From: Bilabrum cf. latius
Lineage: Eukaryota
Assembly (NCBI GenBank): GCA_965178125.1
Contig: OZ237775.1
Location: 62,001-126,000 of the forward strand
Direction of reading: 5' to 3'
Length of the DNA stretch: 64,000 nucleotides
Made by a program: the position numbers and the translations under genes. Position 1 is the first letter of the stretch; every line of letters begins with the position of its first letter. Under the pieces are notes generated by a model. It saw only the letters and a program-made list of their open reading frames with translations. It did no database searches and was not told the origin of the DNA. Shown here piece by piece: positions 11,484 to 23,145 of this stretch.

Positions 11484-13819
11484 TCAGGGCACAACGCACC
11501 TCGGGAAATCGTCCCCGAAGTCGCCAGTCTCCCCCTCCTCGCCCACAAAGGCATAGGAAGACGAAACCGACCCCTCAGAGGCGCCGTAGGTGGCCAGCGA
11601 AGCCGCTGCCTCGTCCTCCTGGCCCCGCCCCACGGTAGGCCTCCTGCTGCCGGCAAACAGAGCGCGGCCGGGGCTAGAGGCAGCGCTGTGCTGCCGCACC
11701 CAGCCCACTGCTCCCCCGGCCGCTGCACCCGCGCGCCCCGCCTTGCGCATGAACCTTGCCCTTGTCGGGTCCTGGCTCAGCAGCTGGGTGGGGTTGCCCG
11801 TGCCCATGGGCGAGAACCGCGCCGAGGAGGCCCGGGGGGCGGCGGCAGCCACGGCCTCGCCGCCAGAAGCGGCCCCGGCAGAAGGCACGCCTTCGGGTGC
11901 CGCAGCCGCTGCTCCCGCGGGCTTGCGGTTGAGCTTGATGTGAGCGGAGAGCAGGTCATCCGTGGTGAGCGCTGCCATGAGGGAGAGCTCCCCCGCCAGC
12001 ACGGTGCCGCCCACGATGCGGGCCAGCTGCTCGGCGTTGGCGCCCGGCCTCTCGTGGTGGGCCCCCCTGACTCCCAGCATCTCGAGGCAGGCTGCCTGCG
12101 CGGGGAGGGACGTGCCCCCTCCCACGGTGCCCACCTCGATCGAGGGCATGGTCACCGAGGCGATCACGCCGCCCTCCTTGCCCGGGGCCGTGTCGTGCTC
12201 CAGCAGCGTGATGCACTAGGAGGACTCCACGTTCTGGGCGGCGTCCTGTCCAGTGGCCAGGAACACAGCAGTCACCAGGTTAGAGGCGTGCGCGTTGAAG
12301 CCCCCGACAGAGCCGGCCATGGCAGACCCGATGAGGTTCTTCCTCACGTTGAGGTCCACCAGCTTGTCCGCGCTCGTCTTGAGCACGTGGCGGACCACGT
12401 CGGCGGGGATCCGGCACTCGACGGTGACGCTCTTGCCCCTGCCGTCCACCCAGTTGATAGCGGCGGGCTTCTTGTCCGTGCACAGGTTGCCGCTGAGAGC
12501 GAGCAGCTCCGCGTGCGGGAAGCGCCCCCCCTTCATGCGCTCGAGGGCCGCGTGCACGCCCTTGGTGATCATGTTCATGCCCATGGCATCGCCAGTGGCG
12601 CACTTGAACCGGATCCACACGTTGCGGCCCGCGGTGGTGACTTGCACGCTCTGCAGCCTCCCGAACCTCGAGGTCGAGTCGAACGCCTCCTTGAGCTCGC
12701 CAAAGCCCTCGTCGCTCTCCGCCCACTGCTTGAGCTCGGCTGCCTGCAGGGCGCTGTTTACGCGCAGCAAGGGGGCGCGGGTCATGCCGTTCCCCACCAC
12801 CACACTCGTGGCCCCGCCTGCGTCTGCCATGGCCCGGAAGCCCCGGTTGGTGGAGGCGACCAGAGCGCCCTCCGTGGTGGCCATGGGCACGCGGTACTGC
12901 ATGCCGTCCAGCAGCAAGGGACCGGCCACACCCACAGGGATGGGCATGTACCTGCAACGCAAGCGCGGGAAATGGGGTCGTGAGTAGAGGGGCGTGGGTG
13001 GCATCGCGGGTGGGAGGCAAGGAAGGGTGGAGGCAGGCGCACAGCAACGTCGCGACCCTCGCACAGCAGGCCGCAACTAAAGATGCAAGGCACGCGATTT
13101 ACCAATCATAATGCAGCAATGCAGGGCATCGAAAGCAATTGCACTTGCGCGTGCCGGCAAGAAGCCAGCGCCGGGCACCGGCTCAAAAACCGGACAGTCT
13201 CGAAAAAGCGTCTCACCCAACAACATTCTCGCAGTTGGAACCCTGGATCGACGAATAGAACTCGTTGATATCAAATGCTGCTGAAGGCAAGCCGTTCACA
13301 GCGGACTGTGCGTCCGTCCCGACTGGGGACAGCGGGCTGGCGAGGTTCCTCTCGAGAAGCAACCGGCGCAACTGGACGGCGCGCACCGGATCGCCCAACA
13401 GCTGCTCCAGCTTGTGGTCGGGCAACTCTCGTTTTACCAAGCGATCCATGATTTCGTCGTTGCTCAAATCTGCCACGGACGTCGGGGACTGCGAAACAGA
13501 ATGAATCACTCCGATACTGGATGGAAGGAATGGTCTTGGCCAACGGATGCAAGTCCGGCATAGTCTGCCAGCAGGGGACCAATGACTGATTCAGGCACGA
13601 GATATTACCAAATATTGTAACTTATACAATATCAACGCTAAAGGCCCGTCTCACGCTTGCTTGCTGGGACGGAGTTTCCGACTTCTCGGAGGTCGACGCA
13701 GCAGCCGCTTGTGGCTGCATTCCGGCAGTCGGGGTAGTTGCTCTCCACCTTCGAGCAGCAGAAATGCCAACAGCGCTCCTATATTTAGAAGCCAAGCCAC
13801 GGATCGTGCGCCCAAGCAT
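11484..13819 (-). CDS. HMGCR: Class I HMG-CoA reductase lacking the membrane anchor; introns 13654-13489 (tentative) and 13216-12952; TAG at 12216-12218
   Basis: Motifs [69 protein letters not shown] and GELSLMAAL. Ends in TGA. Confidence 0.95.
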
Positions 13820-14010
13820 GGCTACAAGCGATGGAAAGTGCTTTTCGGAGCCGGGCTGCAGGTGAACAGGACAAGTCTCGGCTTTTGTTGCGTGGGGTAT
13901 TAGATATATTGCAATTGTTTTTCAGTGAACGTTCGCTGATGCGGGATTTTTGTTGATCGTGCGTAAACTCACATTTTTACCCACCAGAAAGGACCTATCC
14001 TCGTTCAAAA

Positions 14011-15355
14011 TTATGTACCGGCCTTTGCATCATCAGACACAACCCTGTCTTCCAATCCCGCTCCGTGAGCATACCCACACAGCGCATCCAGCACTCCCTG
14101 CAGGTCCGCCCTGCCCTTGCCCCCCGTGTACACGCACTGCATCTGCCGAATCGTCGCGCTGTCGCCCCCCCTCTCGCTGGGAGGCCGTGCTGACGGGCAC
14201 CTCTCTCCAGAGGGCAGCCGGGCCGAGCACAGAAACCCAATGGAGGCGTCCTGCGGCTCCCCTCCCTTGCACCCCCGCAGGCAGACCACCCTCACCCTCG
14301 TCAGGTCCGTCCACGGCTGCGGAGCGCTGCCCTTGCGCGGGAGAGACACAGAGCCGGGGGCCAGCATCACCTCCTCCGTCATGCACTCCGGACAGAGTGG
14401 CCTGGCCTTGAAGCGCGCCCCCGCAGTGTGGCACACTGGGCAGTGGGCCTCCAGCCCCTCCCAGGTGAGTCGGCATGCGTCCAGGTCCACGGCCTTGAGC
14501 ACCACGTGGATGATGGACCCCTCCTGCAGGCCCAGGGCGCGGGGGGCGAGCCCCGGGTCGATGACTTCCTGCCTGTGGATGAGTCGCAGGGCCGTGGGGG
14601 GCCTCCCCGCCGCGGGTGCCACGTGTGTCTCGCACACAGAGGCGAGGGGTGCACCGTAGGGTGCCTCTGCGCGGATGCGGCCCCCGCTAAGCATCTGGAA
14701 CACAAGACCTACACTCTCGGGTTCTGCCTATTCGGCTGCTGGTGTCGAGGATGACGGGGCTGCCGATTCTCCGCTGGCACCTGAGGTGCTTGGGCCACCG
14801 GCACTGGTCGAGGCGGCTGGGGCGGCGGCAGCCAGAGGCGCAGATGGCACAGTCGGTGTCAACACTCCGTACCCAATGGTTGCCACTGCTGCTTGATCGC
14901 TGCCACCTCCACCATCGCTCCCAGTAGCACCAGTTGCCTCAGAATCTTCTCCTGCTCGCTCCTCGGCAGCATCCAGGCCAGGCCATCGCTTCGGTGGGCC
15001 TGATGCAGGGTCATACACTAACTTTTGGTCGGTTCGTATTATCATCATTGCACTTTCTCGTTGAATTCCAAGATCTTCGAGAACGTCGTCTCTGCCCAGC
15101 AACTTCCTGTTGAAAATAATACGTACAAGGCCTGGACCCAGCCCATACGTCTCAGCAAGCGCATCGTACAATTCACCAGATGTCTTCTTTACATCAAAAT
15201 CAAAATGGAACGCAGTTCCTGCGAAATTGTCGACATATCAGGGTGATTGGGCAATTGCCAGCGTCCAAGAATGAGACACGAACGGACGAGACCCTGCAAG
15301 GCTCACCATTGCTTTGCTTGAACGGCAGTGACTGAATTGAACCAACCGATGCCAT
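14011..15355 (-). CDS. Protein with two ubiquitin-like domains and a Parkin RING0-like Cys-rich domain; intron 15306-15219; TAG at 14728-14730
   Basis: Ubl1 is LVRIIFNRKLLGRDDVLEDLGIQRESAMMII and Ubl2 is LRLIHRQEVIDPGLAPRALGLQEGSIIHVV. These are followed by CPVC..KARPLCPEC..PWTDL..CLRGC..GFLC. Ends in TAA. Confidence 0.7.
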
Positions 15356-15392
15356 TCCTGTCCGCCAATAGGCTAGTCTGACTTATATTCGT

Positions 15393-15947
15393 ATGCTGGT
15401 AGCATCGGAATTTTACTCGTCATCTGAGCAAGCTTTCACAGGCAGGATGCGCTGCTCTTGCTACAGCTCTAGCACCATGATGAAAGCAGAAGATAGTTTG
15501 TACGCTGAAGATGGACAGGGAAGGAGTGCACCCATCCAGAGGCACGCCGTCAAGGTAGCGAAAGACGAAGCTCTTCAGAAGGCTGCCAGGTTGCGGAAAG
15601 AGCGGGCTTTGGCGAAGTAGCAGAAGCGAATCGGTCAGCAAAGACTCACGCTACTGATTGTAGGGTGCATTGCAATTGCCGTCTGTGCAGTCTGCTACTG
15701 GCTTTTGCCGTGGCTGCGCAAGGCAGTGGTCATCCTGGGGCTGGCCTCCGTTGTGCTCCTGGCTCGCGTGGGGCTGGTCACGGCGTTCGAAGGGGTGGAT
15801 GATGACGAGGAGGACGAAGAAATACGGTCAATTTTGAAAGATGCGGGGGGTTCTACTTTTCCCACCCCGCTGCGCCACACGCGCAAGGCGATAAGCTCCC
15901 TTGTCTCGGGGCAGAGCTCGAGTCGGCACAAGGCAAAGACTGGGTGA
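15393..15947 (+). CDS. Small hypothetical protein with two predicted TM helices; TAG at 15618-15620
   Basis: ORFs 15393-15620 and 15705-15947 are in one frame, joined across K*QKR. Two hydrophobic stretches are followed by an acidic patch. The start could be 15393, 15447 or 15477. Confidence 0.55.
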
Positions 15948-16183
15948 TGATGCGGTTGGCACCGGTTCCACGAACGATGGGAACTGTGCATAGGTGATCT
16001 CGTACGCTGTTGCGTGTGTATGGGAATCAACACGAGCTCAGGCGGGTTGCCCGGACCACTGGCAGGCCACGAGCGCGCAGACAGCCAGATCCACCCCAGA
16101 ACAAGTCCCGCGGCATGGGACCGCACAGACGCAGGGCCCCGCAACAACTTGACGCAAGCCGCCGCCGCTACCCCCGCTGCTAC

Positions 16184-17995
16184 TCACGGGAAGATGCGCT
16201 TGGGGTCCCTGGGGAACATGCCAGCCTTGCGGATGTTGTCGAGGCCCAGGTAGAGCATGACCACCCGCTCGAGGCCGACCCCCCCGCCCGCGTGCGGGTG
16301 CGCGCCCTCTTTGAAGGAATCGATGTACCACTGGATCGTGTCCAGCGGGATGTCCTTGGCCGCCGCCCGCTCCGCCAGCAGCCCGGGCTCGTGGATGCGC
16401 TGGGCCCCGGATAGAATCTCCTCCCCGCGCATGAAGAAATCGTACGAGTTGCTCAGCTTTGGGTCCTTGGGGTCGGGCATCGTGTAGAAGGGGCGGATGG
16501 CCAGCGGGAACTTGTCCAGCATGAAGAAATCCGTGTCGTACTTTGCTTTCACCAGCTTGCCCAGCTCCCTCTCCTGCTCTGTGCTCAGATCGCCGTGCTC
16601 GTCCTCCACCTCCACCCCCGCCTCCTTGAGCATCGCGATGCCCTCGGCGAACGTCAGTCGCAGCGCGGGCTTGCAGTTCTTGAATGGCTCGAAGGGGTAC
16701 TGCATGGACACGGCCTGCAGCTCGTCCTTGTACCTCGTCTCCAGGCCCTCGAAGATGAACGAGAACAGGTCGGAGAACACGTCCAGCACCTCGTAGTAGT
16801 GCTCGTTGAAGGCCATCTCCATGTCCAGCCCATGGAACTCGCACAGGTGTCTGTGAGTGAAGGACAGCTCAGCGCGGAACACTGGCCCGATCTCGAACAC
16901 GCGCTCGAGGTCCGAGCACGCGGCGGCCATCTGCTTGTACAGCTGCGGGGACTGTGCAAGGCAGGCCTCCTTGCCGAAGTAGTCGATCCTGAAGACCTCA
17001 CTGCCTCCCTCCGAGGTGCCCCCGATCAGCTTGGGGGTCTAGATCTCGACGAACCTTCGCTTGAGAAGGAACTCGCGGAAGAGCGCGCACACCGCGCTGT
17101 TCACGCGCATAATGGCCTGGTTCGCCGGGGTCCGCAGGTCAATCCACCGGTGGTTCAGCCGCAGGTGCTGCCCCACTGCTCCCTTAGTGGCCTTGACCTT
17201 GCCGCCCTCGCCCGCGCCAGACTCGGCGGGTGCTGCTTCTGCTGCTGCAGCCTCGGCTTCGGCCGCGCCGCCCGCCGCCGCCTCGTCGTCCCCGTCGTCC
17301 TCCTTTGCGTCCGCTGGCACGGGAGCGGATGCCTCCTCCACCGAGAAAGGCGCTGTCCCGAGCGCCTCCGAGACCACGAACACTCGCTCCACCTGGATCT
17401 CCACCTGTCCCTGCGTGACTGACGTGATCTCCTCCGGGGGCTCTGTCAGCAAGCCCTCCACGTCGACGATGCTCTCCTTCTTGATGCTCCCTGCGAACTT
17501 GATCATGTCCTTGGGCTTGCTCACGATGGCCTGCACCGTGAACATGCCCCTGCGCAGCACCAGGAACACGCCTCCTCGGGACTGAGACCGGTGCACGCGG
17601 GCACGGACAAGGACCTTGCGGCCAGACAAAGCCGGTGAAAGGTCACGCACCTCGGTCCAAACGCGGGATGTCACCTCCTGGGACTGCACCCGAGGCATCA
17701 CGCCGAAGGTGCCTTTGTTGGCCTCGGCCTTCTTCGCAGCCTTCTCAGCTGCCTCCGCAGCCTTCTTTGCCATGCGCTCGGCCTTACTGAGTTTCTTTGG
17801 CTTCTCTTTCTTCTTCTTCTTCTTCTTCTTGCCTTCTCCATCCACAGGTGCGCCTTCCGTGGCAGCGGCCGCAGCAGGTGCCGCGGTCGCGGGAACAGCC
17901 TCAGGAGCCCCAGAAGCGGCGGCTTGCGCCGGATCCCCGGATACAGCCTCCGCAGGTGGTCGTGTAGAATCACCGGCTCCTTCTGTACTAGCCAT
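16184..17995 (-). CDS. DARS1: Cytosolic aspartyl-tRNA synthetase; TAG at 17039-17041
   Basis: Motifs [72 protein letters not shown] and GGGVGLERV. Ends [13 protein letters not shown]. Confidence 0.97.
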
Positions 17996-18353
17996 TATCA
18001 GCTAGAATCGCTCTGATTGCAACATTTCTCGCCCTCGAATCATGCATTTTGTTACGTGCAATATGAATCGGCCGTCGAGGAAATTCGGATCCAGCTTCAT
18101 CGGCCATCGGAGGTCCCTCGATTCAAAACGAGCATCTCCAGAGGACACTCTGGTGATTTGAGGGAAGGCCGCCTGCTCCTAAGGCTTTCTTTCTTTACTT
18201 TCTGAAGGCTGGGCTTGCCTGGTCATCGATTAGGCTTGCACACGTTGCACTGACCGCATCGAGAACGTGGCGTGCGTTGTTGTGCACAGAAACAAGGTGG
18301 TGAACTATCCATATCGCTGACCTTAGCGAACGAAGTCGCTAATTGTGATTAAT

Positions 18354-20813
18354 ATGTCATCAAAAGTAACTCCTAGCGGTGGCTCGAGCTCAGGAGGCGC
18401 TGGCAGTAGCGTCGCAGCTGCAGCTTTGGCTGCCGCGAAATCCGGGGATGGATCCCAGCCGGCAGGAGCTTCGGGATCGGCTGGAGGCGGCCAGAAGGGA
18501 CCAGCAGGCGGCTCTCCATCAAAAGGGCGCAGGGGTGGCGGTGAAGGTTCTAAAGATTAGGCAAAGGGAGGCTCGGCTCCGCCCAGCTCCGACGCTCTGC
18601 CAAAGCGGCAGGGCGGCAGGAAGGGCCGCGGGAAGGGAGCAGCCACAAGTGGTGCCGCCAAAGGTGGATCCGATGTTACGACCGGAGGAGCTGCAGCCAG
18701 GTAGGCGGGGAACGGAAAGGCCCAGGCCCAGGGGGGCGGGAGCAAGCAGAAGGGTGGACGCGGACGGGGAGGTGGTGCCGCGGCGCCTGCTCCTGCTGCG
18801 GCCACGGGAGGTGCTGCCAAAGCAGGAGGCAAGGGCAAGGGACAAGGCAAAGGGTAGGGCAAGGGAAAGGGGGGTGGGGAGGTCGTGCCGTTTGCGGCTG
18901 CCAAAGCGGAGGCGAGTGGCAGTGGCAAGGGTCAGCAGGGGAGGGGAAAGGGAAAGGGAAAGGGAAAGGGCTAGGGAGCCAAAAGTGGTTCCGGGGGAGC
19001 CGAGACCGGTGGGGCAGCGGGCCGACAGGGGGGTGCGGCTGGGTCTGGGCCTGGGAAGATCAAGGGGCAGGGGCAGGGGCAGGGCAGCAAGACCGGGGGC
19101 AAGAGCGGCCGTGGCGGCTAGCAGCAGGGGCAGGGGCAGGGGCAGGGAACCAAGGGAGCCAGGGGTGGCAGCAGCGACAGGGGCTCGGGCTCGGGCTCGG
19201 GTGGCCATGGGGGGCAGCGCCAAGGTGGACCCGGGGGCAGGGACGGAGGCAGGGGCAGGGGGGGAGGCCGGGGCAGGGGCGGTGCACCGAGCTCCAGCGG
19301 GCACGGCGGTCGCCCGCGCGGCCCCACGATGCCCATGGGGGCTCCTTTGGGGGCTCCGAGGAGGGTGGGTCCTCCCGTCCGCAAGGCTGACGAGCTCAAG
19401 GCCGAGCGTCAGCACCAGGAAAACCGGAAGCGAGAGGCTGCCGCAGCCGCGCCCAAGCGTGTGAGCGGCGGGCGAGGAGGCAGGGGAGGCGCGGGGCCGG
19501 GGATAGCACCCCCGGCCGAGTCCGACCCAGTGCCCGACGCGGCCGAGCCCGCCTATGAGCTGAGCGTGCCTGTGTCGGGGGAGCTGATCGGCTGGGTGCG
19601 CGGGGGTGGCTTGGAGGATCTGCAGGGTCAGGTGTCCCGGCTGGGTGCCGTGGAGCTCTTCCTGGACGCATACAGGCGCACCGCCGCCAACGTGATCGTC
19701 AGGGCATCAACCTCATCGGCTGCTCGCAGCGCCGCGGGGCTGGTGCGAGTGCATCTCGACTGTCAGAGCCAGCTGCTCGCGGCGCAGGTGGACGCCAGCC
19801 GGTACGAAGAGGACCTGGAGGGCGTGTAGAGGGAGCTGCAGGACGGCTTGAGGGCGGAGTTCCAGGTGCCTGTCGAGCTCATCGGGCTGGTGATCGGCAA
19901 GAAGGGCGCGCACATCGACCGGGTCAAGACAGAGACGGGCGTGGAGCGGATCCACGTGGAGGACGATGGGTTCGTGCGGCTCAGGGGCTCTGACGCTCTG
20001 TCGGTGCAGGAGGCGAGGGAGAGGCTCGAGTTCACGGTGCGAGAGAGGGAGGTGACCAAGGCAGACATCCGGGTGCTGCTGGATAACCGCAGGGTGGAGC
20101 AGCTGGAGAGGGACAGCGAGGTGACCCACATCAACATCCACCAGCCCGGCAGCGGATTGGCGGAGGGCAGCACCAGCGGCGTGCTGGAGATCATCGGCCG
20201 GGTGAGCGCGGTGGAGGCTGCTGCGGCCATGGTGGACGCCACTCTGGACGCGGCTCGCGCCCTGCAGGCCACCTTGGCAGAGAAGGAGCGCCTCAAGCGT
20301 GACCTCGAGGACGTGGACCGCAAGTTCGGGGACAGGGCGCCCCCGGGGCGGCGGTTCGGCGAGGGAGGCGGGTTCCGCGGCGGGGGCGGGGGCGGGGCCG
20401 GGTACGGCAGGGGCCGGGAGGGGGACGGGCGCGAGGGGCGCGACGGGCGGTACGGCGGGGGCGGCCGGGGCGGCGCGGGGGGAAGTCGCGCGGATCCGGG
20501 CAGTGCTGGGGGGCGGTCCCGCGGGGCCTCTCAGTCGTACAAGGAGGGTGACTTCCCGGCCCTGGGGGAGGCCGGCTCGGGCTCGGGTGGCCGGGGCGGC
20601 CGCGGTAGGGGCCGTGGCCGTGGCCGTGGTGGCGGTACGGGTGCGGGCGCGGGCGCGGGTACAGGCGCGCGCTCCAACGGGGGCAGTGCGCGGACTGGTG
20701 GTCGCTCTGGCGGCGGCAGCGGGGGTCGCAGTGGCGGTGGTGGCGGTGGCGGTGGCAACGGCGGCGGCGGTGGTGGAGGAGGTCGTCGGGGCCGCGGCCG
20801 TGGCGGGCAGTGA
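18354..20813 (+). CDS. KH-domain / RGG-box RNA-binding protein, FMR1/FXR-like; TAG at 18558, 18855, 18972, 19119 and 19827
   Basis: One frame runs from ATG 18354 to TGA. It has a Gly/Lys-rich N-terminus, the KH motif EFQVPVELIGLVIGKKGAHI...VQEARERLEF and an RGG-rich C-terminus. Confidence 0.8.
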
Positions 20814-21837
20814 GCTGCCTGTCGCCTGTGAATGGGCCACCGTGTGATGTGTTGCGGCGGGTCATTGACTGTAAGCATGTGGGAGGCTTTGGGTATGGTG
20901 CAAGCAGTTCGTGCGCGTGCCGCACTTTGATGATGGGCTTGGGGTTGAAGGGCAGGGTGACGGGCTAGCGGCGTGAGGGGCGGCGTGTGAGCGAGCGCTT
21001 GGTCTGCGGCGGTTCACAGCGAGGGACATGAGGTGTGGGGCTGTGAATTGTCGGGTCCATGCGATCGCACGCTGTTCCTCGGCAGCCGCGTGATGATGAG
21101 AAGTGTAGCGGCGGTGGTGCAGTGCAGTGTGGCTGGATCGGTGTGCCGGCTGGGTGGTGTGGGATCACTGCGAGATTCAAGGACTTGGCAGCCAGAGCTT
21201 GCTAAACCGTTCGTGGGAGCCGCAGGGCTGCTGAGGAACGGGTGGGCAAGGTCTGGCCGTTTGGGACTGGGGGCGCGGGTGGTGGGCTGGGCAGGGCGAG
21301 GGATGGCACACGGTGCTGTTCCCCGTCTCATGTCCGGCCGGTCCATCTGTAGGCGAGGGGTGTCGGGCTGGGCGGCACCCCCGGGAGGAAATACCACTGG
21401 TCGCAAGTTGTGAGTGCGATTCGGTTGAGACGACTCAGGCGCGGGGGTTGCGGGTGCGTGGTGCAGTGGATGCGTCACGCAGCCCAAGGCTACGGCTGGG
21501 AGCAGTGCGGATGTACTGGTTGATTGTGCATACCAGACCCTGCATGCACGCCTGTACGGGCTGCATGTTTGGCATTTGGTGGCTCAAACCAACTTTGAGT
21601 GGATCCATAGGTTGCTTCTTGCTGCTGATTGTCGCGAGAGGAGGGCCCAGTATGCTGGATGGCGGGCATAAGGCGGCAGAGCTGGCGCCCTCTTGCAGCG
21701 GCAGGCGTGGTTGATCGTTTCAAACCTAGGTTTCATTAGCAAAACTTAAATGGACTCTGCAATTCGTTGGTGGCGCTGCCTGGCACACATTAGCATTGAT
21801 CAATACCCCCATCCGGATACAGCCTTTGCGGAAGCGT

Positions 21838-22974
21838 TCAATCGTCGGCAGCGAAACCTTCTAGCAGGGCGGGTGTGGCAATCCATTCCTTGTCCCACAG
21901 TCCCGTGAGCCCCGCCCCCGACCCATTCACCCACTCTGTGCCCCACCACGAGACCCCTCTGGCCCTGGCACCAAGCCTCCGAGTGTCCCTCAGGATCGCC
22001 CTCGCGTAGTCCAGCTGGCCCTGCTTCGTGTACGGGAACTGCGCCCCCGGGTCTGCCTGGCCAGCATACGGGTACGCGGTCTCTGCGACGAACAGTCCGA
22101 TTCTTTCGGGCAATGCCTCCAGGATCTTGCTAGCCAGCATCACGTTCGACGTGTTCCCCGCCCCCCAGTGCGGGTAGAAAGACAGGCCCACCATGTCGAA
22201 GAGCACCGGGGGATCCATGGCACTCAGCGCGGTACTCACGTTCTTGTACCACTCCGCGGCGTAGTCGGCGCCCCCAGGCTTGGCCAGATTAGAGCCCAGT
22301 GACGTGTGCAGCATCACGACGGCCCCTGGTGTGGTGGTCCTCACCGCTCGGATGCCAGCCGCCACAAGCCTAGCAAATGCCGGGAGGTTGCGGTCTGGGC
22401 CGCATACGGATCCCAAGAACCCGCCTTTGGAGCATGGCTGTCCCTTGAGAGCCCAAAGCATGCCCACGTTTATCTCGTTGCCTACCTGTACCATGCTCGG
22501 CGGAGTGCCCTGGGCTGAGAGTGCCTGCAGCGCGTGCTCCGTAAACTAAAACACGGCGTCCGCGAGTGAATCTGGCGCAAGCTGAGACCACGTAGCTGGC
22601 TTTGACTGGTCGCCAGGATCAGTCCAAGTATCGCTGTACTCGATGTCAAGCCAAGTTGCCTGCCCCGCTGCGCTAGCGCGGCGTGCAATGTCTAGCACTC
22701 CGGTCAAGTTGCCGTAGGACAGATCCTTGTCCGGATGCACCCACAGGCGCAACCTGGCCAGATTGAACCCATGTTTCTGCAATGTTACAAACGGATCTTC
22801 TGCGGGACACGCTGCGCATGGCTTGTATCTTTCACACGCTCCACCGCAATCGAATTGAGAGGTACGCTGCATCGCTGCGCCCACTGAAAACAGCGGAAGC
22901 GGCACTGGCGATGCAAGGGCTGCTTGGCACGTTGCAATCACGTGTAGAATGGGTACGATGTGGCAGTTTCTCAT
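21838..22974 (-). CDS. GH53 arabinogalactan endo-1,4-beta-galactanase with a signal-peptide-like start; TAG at 22546-22548
   Basis: Motifs RLRLWVHP, LDIEYSDTWTDPGDQSKPATW, MVQVGNEINVGMLW, GLSFYPHW and AETAYP. Ends in TGA. Confidence 0.9.
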
Positions 22975-23145
22975 CTCTAGTAAGTGTGCGACATTGAGCT
23001 CAATGTCTCACACGGTGACAAGTGCAACTGCAGGATCCGAGCATTCGAGTTGCACATCAGAAATCGTGACATCATGGCAGCCTCAGCGACGACACATATG
23101 AGCGGAGCAACAGCCAGTGAAGCGGCGTTTATTCACCATTCCACC

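Noticed and set aside
9575-17041. TAG as pyrrolysine, Trp (A-to-I editing), Leu or Glu
   Set aside because: The diagnostic positions align with conserved Gln, and TAG is embedded in Gln runs. No pyl genes were seen.
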